Assembly: GCA_963789395.1 (NCBI GenBank)
Contig: CAWBKP010000022.1
Span: 256,001-320,000 of the forward strand
Direction: 5' to 3'
Length of the DNA: 64,000 bases
DNA from: an uncultured delta proteobacterium
Lineage (GTDB): Bacteria; Desulfobacterota; Desulfobacteria; Desulfobacterales; Desulfatirhabdiaceae
In this document: positions 51,736 through 62,994 of the stretch, piece by piece
Numbering within the stretch: position 1 is the first letter of the stretch
How the letters are laid out: each line of letters starts with the position of its first letter
The notes under the pieces: generated by a model
What the model was told of the DNA's origin: nothing
Database searches by the model: none
The model's input: only the letters and a program-made list of their open reading frames with translations
Made by a program: the position numbers and the translations under genes

Positions 51736-52977
51736 ATGAACATCCTGATGATAACCAACGAGTACCCCCCTAACATTTACGGAGGCGCGGGTGTTCACGT
51801 GGACTATCTCTGCCGCGAATACGTGCGATTGGGCTCTGCCCGGCTTCACCTTCAGGTGATGTGTTTCGGCGACCAGAAGGCGTCCGGCGTCAATTTCGAT
51901 GTAACGGGGATTGCCGGGATGCCTGCGCTTTTCCCCCGGGGGGGAGCCAATGAAAAAGTTATCGACGTCCTGGGACGAAATGTCGCCATGACCGGTATGG
52001 CGAAAAATGCCGACATCGTGCACTGTCACACCTGGTACACCTTTCTGGCGGGTTGCCTGGCCAAACAGTTCATGGAAATCCCCCTGGTCATCACCGTCCA
52101 CTCTCTGGAGCCGAAGCGGCCGTGGAAGCGGGAGCAGATCGGAACCGGTTACAATGTCAGCAGCTGGCTGGAGAAAACCGCGATGGAAAACGCCGATGGC
52201 ATCATTGCCGTCTCTGAAGGCATGAAAAACGACATCCTGAGCGTCTATCACCCGGATCCTGAAAAAATCCGGGTGATTTACAACGGTATCGATACAGTGC
52301 AATATCGAAAGACATCGCAGCCCGATATCCTTGCTGCCTACGGGATCGATCCTTCCAGGCCATACGTGCTTTTTGTGGGACGAATCACCCGTCAAAAGGG
52401 GATCATTCACCTGGTCCATGCACTGCCTTACATCGAAGTGGGGGTACAGATCGTTTTGTGCGCCGGCGCACCGGATACCGAAGCGATAGCGCAGGAGATG
52501 AAAACTGAAGTCGAACGCGCCAGAGCCGGCACTCCCAACGACATTATCTGGATTCCCGAGATGGTGCCCGTGGATCGCATTGTCGTGCTTTACAGCCATG
52601 CGGCGCTATTTGTCTGCCCTTCGGTTTACGAGCCGTTCGGCATCATCAACCTGGAAGCCATGGCCTGCGGCACCCCGGTGGTCGCAGCAGCCGTTGGGGG
52701 CATTCCCGAAGTGGTGGTGCATGGAAAAACCGGAATCCTGGTCCCTTTTGAACCGGTCGGCAGCAATGATCCGGAACCCCTCAGGCCGGAGCAGTATGCG
52801 CGCGATCTTGCGGCCGCCATCAATGAGTTGATGCGTGAGCCGGAGCGGCGGCGAACCATGGGGGCCGAAGCCCGCAGGCGGGTTGAGGCGCACTTTGGCT
52901 GGGACGCGATTGCCCTGCAGACGCTGGCTTACTACGAAGAATTGCGCCAGATGCGATTCCCTTATAACGGCTCATGA
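51736..52977 (+). CDS. glgA: GT4 glycosyltransferase, actinobacterial-type GlgA/GlgM
   Basis: TNEYPPNIYGGAGVHV, HCHTWY, HSLEP.RPWK.EQ, FVGRITRQKG, YEPFGIINLEAMAC. Confidence 0.85.
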   Translation: MNILMITNEYPPNIYGGAGVHVDYLCREYVRLGSARLHLQVMCFGDQKASGVNFDVTGIAGMPALFPRGGANEKVIDVLGRNVAMTGMAKNADIVHCHTWYTFLAGCLAKQFMEIPLVITVHSLEPKRPWKREQIGTGYNVSSWLEKTAMENADGIIAVSEGMKNDILSVYHPDPEKIRVIYNGIDTVQYRKTSQPDILAAYGIDPSRPYVLFVGRITRQKGIIHLVHALPYIEVGVQIVLCAGAPDTEAIAQEMKTEVERARAGTPNDIIWIPEMVPVDRIVVLYSHAALFVCPSVYEPFGIINLEAMACGTPVVAAAVGGIPEVVVHGKTGILVPFEPVGSNDPEPLRPEQYARDLAAAINELMREPERRRTMGAEARRRVEAHFGWDAIALQTLAYYEELRQMRFPYNGS

Positions 52978-53000
52978 ATAGCTAAAAAACTTCACCCCTG

Positions 53001-53114
53001 TCAATGAAATGGCAGCTTCCCCCTTTATCAAAGGGGGATTGAGGGGGATTTTTGAGTGGACTGTCCGAAATCCCCCCTGGCCCCACTTTCCAAAGGGCGG
53101 ATGTATTTTCATGA
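53001..53114. repeat. Palindromic dispersed repeat (REP/SDR-like)
   Basis: TCCCCCTTT-atc-AAAGGGGGA hairpin plus GGGGGATTT, followed by a degenerate inverted copy AAATCCCCC...CCCCACTTTCCAAAGGGCGG. Confidence 0.55.
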
Positions 53115-53133
53115 TAAAATTTAAAGGTGTTTG

Positions 53134-55686
53134 ATGATGAGCAGATCTGATTCAAAGGAAATGCTGGCCACGTATCGTCTTCAGCTGGGCCCGGATTTAA
53201 CCTTCGAGCGGGTATGCGATTTGCTCCCGTACTTTCGCGACCTGGGTATCAGTCAGCTTTACCTTTCGCCATGTCTGAAGTCGGCAGCCGGCAGCACGCA
53301 TGGCTATGATGTGGTGGACCCTTCGGAAGTCAATCCGCAATTGGGGGGAAGGGAAGGATTCGAGCGACTTTGCCGGGCATCGGCTGAGTTTGGCATAGGG
53401 CTGGTGCTGGACATTGTGCCCAATCACATGGCCATTTCGGGCCGGCAGAACCCCTGGTGGTGGGATGTCCTTGCCAACGGCCGGGACAGTCGCCATGCGG
53501 AGGTTTTCGATATTCGCTGGGATCATCCGGATCCGGTATTGGCCGGCAAGGTTCTGCTGCCTGTACTGGGAGATACGCTCGATCGCTGTCTGGAGGCCCG
53601 GCAGATTCGAATCCAGCGCCGCGGAACGGAGATTTGCCTGACGTATTTCGAACATGAATTTCCGATTTCAACCCCTTCTCTGTCTGCTCTGCAGCATGCC
53701 GGCAGCAAGGTTCCGGAGCTGGATGCTTCAATTGCGGCGATCAACGCAGACCCGGTGCGGCTGAAAGAAATTCTGCATCTCCAGCACTATCGGCTTGCTT
53801 TCTGGCGTCTGGCCAATCGGGATCTGAATTACCGCCGGTTTTTCGATATCCATCACTTGGCCGGCGTTTGCGTTGAAAAGGAAGCGGTATTTGCAGCCAC
53901 CCATGAACTGGTTCTGCGCTGGGTAAACAACGGGTGGATTGACGGCCTGCGCATCGATCACCCGGACGGGCTGCGCGACCCTACTTCTTATTTGGCGAGG
54001 CTCCGGGCTGAGGCACCCCGGGTCTGGGTGGTGGTTGAAAAAATTCTCGAGCCAGGGGAAACCCTTTCCTCAGAGTGGCCGGTTGCCGGAACCACCGGCT
54101 ATGATTTCTTAAACCTGACAGGCGGGCTGTTTGTGGATACCCGAAGCGAGAAGCGCCTGACAGACTTCTATGGAGCATTTACGGGCCAGTCAACCGACTA
54201 CGAAGAAGTGCTGCATGATAAAAAGCGCCTGGTTCTGGAGCTGCTCTTCGGCAGCGAGTTGTCCCATCTGGAAAGTCTTTTGACGGGTATCCGGAGTCGC
54301 CACCCCGTGGCCATTGAATTTCCTCCGGAGGACGTCCGGCGTGCTCTGACGGAAGCCATCGCGTGTTTTCCGGTTTACCGGACCTATATTCAACCCGACA
54401 CCGGCAACGTCGGCCCCAGGGATCTGGCGGTTGTCCGGGAGGCTTTTTCAGCTGCGCTGCGACGGCAGCCAGACATTGATCCGGATGCGTGGCGGCTTAT
54501 CGAGGATATTCTGCTGTTGAAGCACGCCGGAAAACAGGAAAGTGAATTTGTTTTGCGGTTTCAGCAGCTGACCGGGCCGGTCATGGCCAAGGGCGCTGAG
54601 GACACTGCCTTTTATTGCTTCAACCGTCTGATCTGCCTGAATGAAGTCGGGGGGAATCCCGGGGAATTCGGCACCCTGCCGGATGCCTTTCATGGGTTCT
54701 GCCTTCGAATTCAGTCCAAGTGGCCCAGGACCATGCTGGCCAGCGCCACTCACGACACCAAGCGCGGTGAGGACACGCGGCTGAGGATTGCCTTGCTGTC
54801 CGAAATTCCGGAGCGCTGGATCGATGCGGTCCGACGCTGGTCCCGGATGAATGCGTGCTTTCGCCGCAGCGGCTTTCCCGATCCCAATACGGAGTATTTT
54901 CTGTACCAGACCCTTGCGGGGGCCTGGCCTGTCGGGTGCGACCGTCTGGGGTCCACCCTGCTGAAGGCAGCCAGAGAGGCCAAAATGCATACTTCGTGGA
55001 CGGATCCCGACCCGGTTTTCGAGAAAGCCCTCCAGGCGTTTGCCGGGGATGTTCTGGCGCATGCGGACTTTACGGACGACCTGTCGTCTTTCCTCGAACC
55101 GCTGGCCTGGCCCGCCATGGTCGCCTCCCTGTCCCAGACGCTGATCAAGTGCACGGCCCCGGGGGTGCCGGATATATATCAGGGGGCCGAGCTTTGGGAC
55201 CGCAATCTGGTGGATCCGGACAACCGCCGGCCTGTGGATTTCGAAGAGCGATGCCGGCTGCTGGCCGAGATCGGGACGCTTTCGGTAGAAGAGATCCTGA
55301 AACGGAACGCCCAGGGGCTGCCGAAGCTTTTTCTGCTGCAGCGGGTCCTCTCCGCTCGCAGGCGTTGCGCCGTGGCCTTCGGACCCAAGGGGGACTACCG
55401 GCCGCTGACCGCAACAGGGGAACGGTCCGGCCATCTGGTGGCGTTCATGCGCGGTGGAAGGGTGGTGACATTGGCCCCGAGGCTGGCTATCGGTTTGAAC
55501 GGTGATTGGAAAGACACGGTCATTAAGCTTCCGGAAGGGACCTGGAAGAACGTATTCACTGACGAACGATTTGAAGGCGGAACCCGGGAACTGTCGCAGC
55601 TGTTTGCGCGATTTCCGGCGATACTGCTCGAACGGGAGGAATGCGATGATCCAAAAGATACCGCTAAAAGATGGGCTGCATCTTGA
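53134..55686 (+). CDS. treY: Malto-oligosyltrehalose synthase
   Basis: ATYRLQL, GSTHGYDV, DIVPNHM, NYRRFF, LRIDHPDGL, VEKIL, ATHDTKRGED, LVDPDNRRPVD. Confidence 0.95.
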   Translation: MMSRSDSKEMLATYRLQLGPDLTFERVCDLLPYFRDLGISQLYLSPCLKSAAGSTHGYDVVDPSEVNPQLGGREGFERLCRASAEFGIGLVLDIVPNHMAISGRQNPWWWDVLANGRDSRHAEVFDIRWDHPDPVLAGKVLLPVLGDTLDRCLEARQIRIQRRGTEICLTYFEHEFPISTPSLSALQHAGSKVPELDASIAAINADPVRLKEILHLQHYRLAFWRLANRDLNYRRFFDIHHLAGVCVEKEAVFAATHELVLRWVNNGWIDGLRIDHPDGLRDPTSYLARLRAEAPRVWVVVEKILEPGETLSSEWPVAGTTGYDFLNLTGGLFVDTRSEKRLTDFYGAFTGQSTDYEEVLHDKKRLVLELLFGSELSHLESLLTGIRSRHPVAIEFPPEDVRRALTEAIACFPVYRTYIQPDTGNVGPRDLAVVREAFSAALRRQPDIDPDAWRLIEDILLLKHAGKQESEFVLRFQQLTGPVMAKGAEDTAFYCFNRLICLNEVGGNPGEFGTLPDAFHGFCLRIQSKWPRTMLASATHDTKRGEDTRLRIALLSEIPERWIDAVRRWSRMNACFRRSGFPDPNTEYFLYQTLAGAWPVGCDRLGSTLLKAAREAKMHTSWTDPDPVFEKALQAFAGDVLAHADFTDDLSSFLEPLAWPAMVASLSQTLIKCTAPGVPDIYQGAELWDRNLVDPDNRRPVDFEERCRLLAEIGTLSVEEILKRNAQGLPKLFLLQRVLSARRRCAVAFGPKGDYRPLTATGERSGHLVAFMRGGRVVTLAPRLAIGLNGDWKDTVIKLPEGTWKNVFTDERFEGGTRELSQLFARFPAILLEREECDDPKDTAKRWAAS

Positions 55687-57145
55687 GGATTACTCCGGAC
55701 TGGCATACCTGTCCGCTGCTGTTCAGGATTTGCGTATGTCCGCACGGGTGCTGGCGTCCGCGCTGAAGGGGCGAACTGTCTGGATGGTCAATTCCACGGC
55801 CCGGGGTGGCGGGGTGGCGGAGATGATGCCGTGCCTGGTCGGGATGCTGCGGGACGTGGGCGTTAAAACCGAATGGCTGGTAATGGGCTCAAAAGACCCG
55901 GCCTTTTTCGAGCTGACCAAGCGCATCCACAACCTGATCCACGATTTCGGCAGCCCCGGTTTCAGCGAACGGGACAAATCGATTTATCGGCAAGCCAGTC
56001 TTGCGGCTGCCGACTCACTGGCAAAACTTGTCGATCCCGAGGACATCCTGCTCATCCACGATCCCCAGCCGCTGGGAGCCGGTGCCGAACTCAAACGCCG
56101 CATCGGTATCCGCGCCATCTGGCGATGCCATATCGGGTTGGACCGGCGGACAGCAGCCACCGAAGCTGCCTGGAATTTTCTGCTGCCGTATGCCCGGTCC
56201 TATGATCATGCGGTGTTTTCTGCGGTGGAATACATTCCCGCCTTCCTGGTTGGAAAGGCGTCCGTGATCCACCCTGCCATCGATCCCCTCAGCCACAAGA
56301 ACCGGGAACTCTCCGCCCACAAGCTGGTCGGGATATTGTGCAATGCCGGCCTGATGAAAAGTCCCCATCCGGTGCTCACACCCGACTGGGACCACCAGGC
56401 GCTCCGGCTGCATCCGGACGGCCGCTTTCTGCCCGCTTATGAAAATGGCGGTGTTGGCCTCATGTTCCGTCCGATCATTGCTCAGGTTTCCCGGTGGGAC
56501 CATCTTAAGGGATGGATGCCCCTGCTGGAGGGATTCCTGCGGCTCAAAGAGCGATATCGCGGCAAAAAAGGCAACGGCGTATCCGGCCGCCATCGGCACC
56601 GGATCGAGATCGCACGACTGGTGCTGGCAGGACCCGACCCTGCCGCCATTCAGGATGACCCGGAAGGAAAGGCGGTACTGGAATCGCTGTGCCAGACATT
56701 TTGCCGGATCAAGCCCGAGGAGCAGGAAAGCGTTGCCCTGCTCTCCCTGCCGATGGCATCCGCCAAACAGAATCATCTCCTGGTCAACGTGATCCAGCGC
56801 TGCGCCACAGTGGTGGTTCAGAACTCGCTGCAGGAAGGGTTCGGCCTGACTGCCACCGAGGCCATGTGGAAGCGGGTGCCGGTGCTGGGCTCGTCGGCCT
56901 GCGGCCTTCGCCTGCAGATCCGGGACAGGATCGACGGCCGCCTGACCGGCAATCCCCAGGATCCCGGTGAAATTGCCGAAACGCTCGATGAAATGCTGTC
57001 CAGCCCGGTGCAACGCGAGCTTTACGGACGCAGTGCCCAGCGAAGGGTGTACGACCGCTTTCTCGTGTTCACCCAGGTTGAATACTGGCTGAGGCGGCTT
57101 GCGGAAGCGGCGGCAACGCCCCGGTCACCCGCAGCGCCTGAATGA
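55646..57145 (+). CDS. TreT-like trehalose glycosyltransferase (GT4)
   Basis: VNSTARGGGVAEM, TKRIHN, IHDPQP, WRCHI, AIDPLS.KN, QVSRWD.LK, EGFGLTATEAMWK. ATG at 55646 with GGAGG RBS. Confidence 0.82.
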   Translation: MIQKIPLKDGLHLEDYSGLAYLSAAVQDLRMSARVLASALKGRTVWMVNSTARGGGVAEMMPCLVGMLRDVGVKTEWLVMGSKDPAFFELTKRIHNLIHDFGSPGFSERDKSIYRQASLAAADSLAKLVDPEDILLIHDPQPLGAGAELKRRIGIRAIWRCHIGLDRRTAATEAAWNFLLPYARSYDHAVFSAVEYIPAFLVGKASVIHPAIDPLSHKNRELSAHKLVGILCNAGLMKSPHPVLTPDWDHQALRLHPDGRFLPAYENGGVGLMFRPIIAQVSRWDHLKGWMPLLEGFLRLKERYRGKKGNGVSGRHRHRIEIARLVLAGPDPAAIQDDPEGKAVLESLCQTFCRIKPEEQESVALLSLPMASAKQNHLLVNVIQRCATVVVQNSLQEGFGLTATEAMWKRVPVLGSSACGLRLQIRDRIDGRLTGNPQDPGEIAETLDEMLSSPVQRELYGRSAQRRVYDRFLVFTQVEYWLRRLAEAAATPRSPAAPE

Positions 57146-57170
57146 TGCCGCCCCGAAGACGCTGAAAAAT

Positions 57171-58667
57171 TCAGGTGCGGCCAAAAGTGGATGTCATGTC
57201 GCGCAGGCGTTTTACCGGCAAGGCATCCAACTGCTTTGCCGTCATGCGCCATCCCCAGTTGCCGTTGGCGATTCCCGGCGTGTTCATGCGGGCGCCGGCA
57301 TTCAGCCCGAGCACATCCTGGACCGGGATGACGGACCAGCGGGCTGGTGACAGCATGGCAAGGCGGATCAGCTCCCAGGAGATGTCCCGTGCCGTGAGCG
57401 CCCGGCCTGAAATGATAGATAGCCGCTTTTTATCGCTGTGTGATGCCTCTTTTTCGAACCAGCCCCTTGCCGTGTTGTTGTCGTGGGTGCCGGTGTAGAC
57501 CACGCAGTGCTCGGGAATGTTCTGGACTGCGTTGGGGTTGAGGGCCGGGTTGCCGGAAAAACCGAACAGCAGTACCCGCATTCCCGGAAACCCGAAACGC
57601 CGCATGGTTTCACGGACATCGGCGGTGATGTGCCCCAGGTCTTCTGCGACCACCGGCAGCGAAACGAAACGGCGCCGGAGTTCGGAAAAAAAATCTTCGG
57701 ACGGCGCCTCCACCCACCGGCCGGTTCTGGCGGTAATTTCTCCTGCAGGAACTTCCCAGTACGCCACCAGCCCCCGGAAGTGATCGATGCGAACGGCGTC
57801 AAAGACCGCCATCTGGTGTGCCATACGTCGGATCCACCAATCGTAGCGCGTCTTCCGGAGGGCTTCCCAGTTGTAAACGGGGTGTCCCCAGAGCTGGCCG
57901 TCGGCGCTGAAGTAGTCCGGCGGCACCCCGGATACGCTTATGGGCCGGTGAAATCGGTCCAGCTTGAAGAGCTGCCGATGGGCCCAGACATCCGCGCTGT
58001 GGAACGGAACGTAGATGGGGATGTCGCCGAAGAGGTGGATGCCTTTTTCCCGGCAATAGCTCAGAAGGGCCAGCCATTGACGGTAAAACAGGTACTGTTC
58101 GATCTTCAGTGTTTCAATCGGCGCTTGAAGCGTTTTCCGAAGACGCGTGATTTCATCCGGTCTTCGGCCGCGGATTTTCTGCGGCCACCGGCTCCAGGAA
58201 ACGTCTGCATGAAGCTCGGAAAGCGCGGCGAACAAGGCATAGTCATCTATCCAGAAAGCATTCTCCGTGCAAAACCGCTCATAGCCGCTGTCGGGCAGGC
58301 ACTGCCGGAATCGCCGGCAGGCTTTTTCCAGCAGGCGGCGCTTGAATATCGCAACCGTCCCGTAGTCGATCCGGCCATCCGGCAGGCTGTCAGGCGGATG
58401 CAGATCCGAGCTGTCAAGCAGACCTTCTGCTGCTATCGCCTCCGGGCTGATCAGCAGCGGGTTGTATGCAAAACTTGATACACTGTGGTACGGCGAATGG
58501 CCGAAAGCAGACTCGGTCGGATTCAGGGGCAGGATCTGCCAGATCCGCTGTCCGGATGCGTGCAGAAAATCTGCAAACCGGAATGCGCCGGGACCGATAT
58601 CTCCGATGCCGAAACAGGACGGCAGGCTGAAAATGGGCAGGAGCAAGCCGCTGGCACGTGAATGCAT
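57171..58667 (-). CDS. malQ: 4-alpha-glucanotransferase (amylomaltase, GH77)
   Basis: WQILPL, GDIPIYV, GVPPDYFS..GQLWG.P, RIDHFRG, AEDLG, YTGTHDN, RMNTPG. Confidence 0.95.
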   Translation of the reverse strand: MHSRASGLLLPIFSLPSCFGIGDIGPGAFRFADFLHASGQRIWQILPLNPTESAFGHSPYHSVSSFAYNPLLISPEAIAAEGLLDSSDLHPPDSLPDGRIDYGTVAIFKRRLLEKACRRFRQCLPDSGYERFCTENAFWIDDYALFAALSELHADVSWSRWPQKIRGRRPDEITRLRKTLQAPIETLKIEQYLFYRQWLALLSYCREKGIHLFGDIPIYVPFHSADVWAHRQLFKLDRFHRPISVSGVPPDYFSADGQLWGHPVYNWEALRKTRYDWWIRRMAHQMAVFDAVRIDHFRGLVAYWEVPAGEITARTGRWVEAPSEDFFSELRRRFVSLPVVAEDLGHITADVRETMRRFGFPGMRVLLFGFSGNPALNPNAVQNIPEHCVVYTGTHDNNTARGWFEKEASHSDKKRLSIISGRALTARDISWELIRLAMLSPARWSVIPVQDVLGLNAGARMNTPGIANGNWGWRMTAKQLDALPVKRLRDMTSTFGRT

Positions 58668-58679
58668 GGCGTATCCTTT

Positions 58680-61109
58680 CTATTGCGTCCTCATGCCGAT
58701 TTTGGCACCCAGTGCCTGGAACAGTTCGACCCATGCTTCTGCGTTTTTTCCCTGACGACGAGCCTTCTTTTTTATCTCTGGGTAAATTTGTTTCAGGACT
58801 TGGTAATAGATGTTTTGAACCGTGCGCAGATTGATTTCGAAAGGAAAATCCGGCAGCAGACCGGCAATGGTGTCCAGTTGCCTCAGGGCCTCCATTTCAG
58901 TCGGTCGCTGCAGAAAATCCTGGGCGGTCTGCTCAAAACGCCTGCGAATGGCCATTTCTATAAAAGCCGGGTCCAGCGTCACGCCGTGCATGGCGGCGGC
59001 GTCCAGCAACTGCCGGATAGGGTTCAGATCAAAGACGGGATTTTCGAAGGCCCGACGGATTGCGGCGTTGAGCAGGTATTCGGCTGCAGCAGCCAAAGCG
59101 CGGGGTGCCGGAACATTGAGGTCTTTTAGAAAAAGCAGCAGGGGGGCATTTGTCTCGTAAATGAGACGGTAAGCGGCTTCGGAATTGGATAAATTGGACT
59201 CCAGAACAATCTGCAGGATCCGCCGCTGTTCGTCCCGGAACAGGTGCCGCAGCGAATAGGTCGAGTTCCCGATGGTTTTCTCCAGAAGGAGGAGCACCGT
59301 TGGAAACTCGGCCCGCCGGAAAACCTCAAAAACTTCGTTGACAAAAACCTCGGAGGGCGCTGCTGCATCCAGACAGGGGCTGATGCAGCAGCTGATGTTG
59401 TGGTCGCCCCAGTGGATGGCGCCGAAACACAGGCAAGACGTCTCTTGCGTGATGGTGGAGGTGATGTGCATGCATCCCATTGCCAGCTTGGCTCTGCCGA
59501 CTGCAAGGGATCTGAAAAAGGTTTGCTCGATTGTATAGCAGTTCACCAATGCCTGCTGCGGGTATTCCTCGAAAAGCGAGCGCATGGCGTAATGGGCGCC
59601 GACGGTGTTCAGGTCCACCATGGACGGCTTGACGAATTTCTCGTAGACGCTGCGGCCGTTCTGATGGCTCCGGATATTGCTCGGGGCTTTTTCCAGCAAC
59701 TGCATGAAGCGATACTCGAGCCCGTTTCCGATGGCTTCTTTGAACAACTGGAGGGCGCGGCCGGCGAACTGGATCACCTGGACCGTTTCGAGTCCGGAGA
59801 TATCGTCAAAAAACCATCCGCAGCTGGTATACATCAGCATGGCATGACGTTGCAGTTCCAGCAGCTTGGTTGCAAGGATCTTTTGTTCAGATGTCAATGT
59901 CCGGGGAATCCGTTCCGCCAGGAAGGCATCCACCGTGGAAGGCTTCCGATCCAGGATCACCCGGATGTAATCGTTCCGGGTTTCCCAGGGATCGAATCCA
60001 AGGGCCGTCATTTTCTCTTCGTATGCCGGAGCCAGTGAATCGCGGAGCCAGTCGAGCGCCTGCCGCAGCGGGGCCCGCCATGCCTGGTGCCAACCGGGGT
60101 GCCCGCCGGAGCTGCATCCGCAATTGTTCCGCCACCGCTCCACCCCATGCTCGCAACTCCAGGAGGTGTTTTCGAAAAATTCAACTTCCCATTGGGGCGG
60201 GTTCAGCTCCAGATACTCACCGTAAACGGTGAGCCTGGCAAGCTTTCGGGAATCAATCGCATGCAGCGCAGCCGCAAGTGCCATGTTGCCTTTGTGATGA
60301 TGGTGTCCGTAGCTTTCGCCGTCGGTGGCGATATTTACCAGCTGGGGTTCCTGGCGAGCATCGTCAAACCCGTCCATGAGGCGGTGGGCGAAGCGTTCGC
60401 CGTTGGAGAGCAGGCCCTCGAAGGCGACGGCACGCGAAATCGGATCGTCGTAGAAGAACAAGGCAATGGATTTTCCCGATGCCAGCCTGGCCAGGTAGGG
60501 GCGGGACGGGTCGATCTTGCCGCCGCTGACTTCCCGCCACTCGCCGCCGTTCAGATGCCGGATCTGCCTGGCCTGTCGGGGCGACAAAATGGTGAAGCCG
60601 ATTCCGTGCTCTGCCAGAATTTCCAGGGTTTCCAGATCAACGGCGGTTTCCGGCAGCCACATGCCCTCGGGTTGGCGCTGAAACCGGTGCTCGAAATCAC
60701 GGATGCCCCACAGGATCTGGGTTTCCTTGTCCCGGCGGCTGGCAAGCGGCATGATCATGTGGTTGTAAGCCTGAGCGATGGCGGCTCCGTGGCCTGAAAA
60801 CCGCTGCCGGCTCTCCCTGTCTGCATCGAGGATGGCACCATAAACCGCCGGGGCCTGTCGTTCCAGCCAGGCAAGCAGGGTCGGCCCGAAGTTGAAGCTG
60901 ATCCTTGCGTAGTTGTTGGTGATCTCTTGGATGAGACCCTGCTCGTCCAGCAGGCGGGATGTGGCCATGGGGGAGTAACATTCGGCTGTGACACGCTCGT
61001 TCCAGTCGTGGTAGGGATAGGCGGAGTCCTGAAGCTCTACCGCCTCCAGCCACGCATTTTCGCGTGGGGGCTGGTAGAAATGTCCGTGAATACAAATATA
61101 CTTCTCCAT
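58680..61109 (-). CDS. GH57 glycoside hydrolase with DUF3536 domain
   Basis: HGHFYQPPRE, FNFGPTL, H.IMPL, GMWLPETAVD, ATDGESYGHH, SWSC.HGVERW, MYTSCGWFFD. Confidence 0.9.
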   Translation of the reverse strand: MEKYICIHGHFYQPPRENAWLEAVELQDSAYPYHDWNERVTAECYSPMATSRLLDEQGLIQEITNNYARISFNFGPTLLAWLERQAPAVYGAILDADRESRQRFSGHGAAIAQAYNHMIMPLASRRDKETQILWGIRDFEHRFQRQPEGMWLPETAVDLETLEILAEHGIGFTILSPRQARQIRHLNGGEWREVSGGKIDPSRPYLARLASGKSIALFFYDDPISRAVAFEGLLSNGERFAHRLMDGFDDARQEPQLVNIATDGESYGHHHHKGNMALAAALHAIDSRKLARLTVYGEYLELNPPQWEVEFFENTSWSCEHGVERWRNNCGCSSGGHPGWHQAWRAPLRQALDWLRDSLAPAYEEKMTALGFDPWETRNDYIRVILDRKPSTVDAFLAERIPRTLTSEQKILATKLLELQRHAMLMYTSCGWFFDDISGLETVQVIQFAGRALQLFKEAIGNGLEYRFMQLLEKAPSNIRSHQNGRSVYEKFVKPSMVDLNTVGAHYAMRSLFEEYPQQALVNCYTIEQTFFRSLAVGRAKLAMGCMHITSTITQETSCLCFGAIHWGDHNISCCISPCLDAAAPSEVFVNEVFEVFRRAEFPTVLLLLEKTIGNSTYSLRHLFRDEQRRILQIVLESNLSNSEAAYRLIYETNAPLLLFLKDLNVPAPRALAAAAEYLLNAAIRRAFENPVFDLNPIRQLLDAAAMHGVTLDPAFIEMAIRRRFEQTAQDFLQRPTEMEALRQLDTIAGLLPDFPFEINLRTVQNIYYQVLKQIYPEIKKKARRQGKNAEAWVELFQALGAKIGMRTQ

Positions 61110-61145
61110 TAAATTACCTCAATAAAACCCGATGAATTCTTTCAA

Positions 61146-62994
61146 TCAAATCTGTTTGGACAGCACTACAAAAGCATGAGGCGACAAATCCATCTCGAAC
61201 TCACCTTCGGAAGTGGTCGTGCCGGCGATTGCACTGCCGGGGCCGCCCCATAGTTCCTCGGTGCTGTCTATCTCTTTTCCCCAAGAGCCGGCAGGAAGGG
61301 GAATCCGGGTTGAAGCCGGCGTGTCGCCCGCGTAAAAGATGATGCAGATATCTTTTGTATCGTTCCAGCGGCGGACACCGCCGATGCGCCGGCTGTCGAC
61401 CCGGAAAACTTCCATGTGCGATGATTCCGGTGAGGAGAACATCTCGCAGTTCCGGCGAATCGCGATAAGACGTCGGTGGAATTCCCACAGATGGTGGTGA
61501 TGACCGGGCAAGCGGTGCAGCTCCGGTCTCAGTTTGGCGCTATGAAAAGTTTCTTCTGCCTGGGGGTCAGGCGGCTCACCGTCCCAGGCAAAAGCCGCAA
61601 ACTCCTCACGGCGTCCCCTGCGCACCGCCTCGATCAGACCTGGGTCTGAGTGGCTCACAAAATAAGGAAAGGGTGCTGTTTCGCCGTATTCCTCGCCCAT
61701 GAAGAGCAGGGGCAGGTTGGGAGACAGCAGGATAATCCCCGCAGCCATTTTAAGGGCCTCGAATGAAACGATGCAGCTCAGCCGGTCCCCCTGCATGCGA
61801 TTGCCCACCTGGTCGTGGTTTTGGGAGAAGACGACGAAGCGGTGGCCTGGGATGGAGCGGCTGGAGTTGCCGTGGCGCCTTTTGCGATATTCGGAATACC
61901 GGCCGTCGTAGACAAACCCTTCCCGCAGGGCTTTGAGCAGCTGGTCGAAGTTGCCGAAGTCGCAGTAATAGCCACGCTTTTCGCCGGTAAGGACCGTATG
62001 CAGGCTGTGGTGAAGATCGTCGTTCCACTGGGCGTCCAGGCCAAATCCGCCCAGCTCCGGTGAGCGGATCATGCGCGTGTCGTTCAGGGCGCTTTCGGCG
62101 ATCAGATGGATGTGCCTTCCCAGGCTTTCGGACAATAATTTGACCGTACCGGCCAGTTCCTGCAGAAAAGGCAGTGCCGAGAAATCCAGAATGGCGTGGA
62201 CCGCATCGAGCCGCAGAGCATCGATGTGGCATTGGGACAGCCAGTAAAGTGCGTTTTCGATGAAGTATCGGCGTACATGGTCGCTGAAAGGGCCGTCGAA
62301 ATTGATGGGTGCGCCCCACGGGGTCTGGTAGACTGTCCGAAAAATATGGTCCGAAATTCCGCAGGTAGTTGCCTTCGGGCCCGAGGTGGTTGTAAACGAC
62401 ATCCAACACCACGGCCAGGCCCCGTGCATGGCAGGCGTTGACAAAGCGCTTGAGTCCCTGCGGTCCGCCGTAGGAATTCTGGGCGGCGAACGGATAGACC
62501 CCGTCGTAGCCCCAGTTGCGCTCGCCGGGAAACTGCGCGACAGGCATGATCTCGACCGCGGTGATTCCAAGAGATACCAGATCGTCCAGCTGCTCAATGG
62601 CCGCATCGAAGGTGCCTGCCGGGGTGAATGTGCCGATGTGCAGTTCATAGAAGATGTAGCGGTGCAAGGGGATGCCCCGCCAGCTGTCGTCCGTCCAGGC
62701 AAAAGCCGGGTCTACGATCTGAGAGGGGCCGTGAACACCCTGAGGTTGAAAGCGCGAGGCCGGGTCCGGCCGTTCCTGGCCGCTGTCAAGGCGATACAGA
62801 TAGAGAGTGTCCGGCGCAACTCCTTCCAGCACGCCGCAGTGGTAGCCATGACGGTCCCGCCTAAGCATCTCCAGCCGCTCTTTCGGGGACAGCATGCGCA
62901 CCGCAACCGAATCCGCAACGGGAGCCCATACGCGGAAACTGCAGCGCCCATCGCCTATCGGCATGGCGCCGAGTTGGGACGCCGGATCTGTCAT
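61146..62994 (-). CDS. treZ: Malto-oligosyltrehalose trehalohydrolase; +1 frameshift at ~62331
   Basis: [45 protein letters not shown]. Continues in ORF 61146..62702 with [24 protein letters not shown]. Confidence 0.92.
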
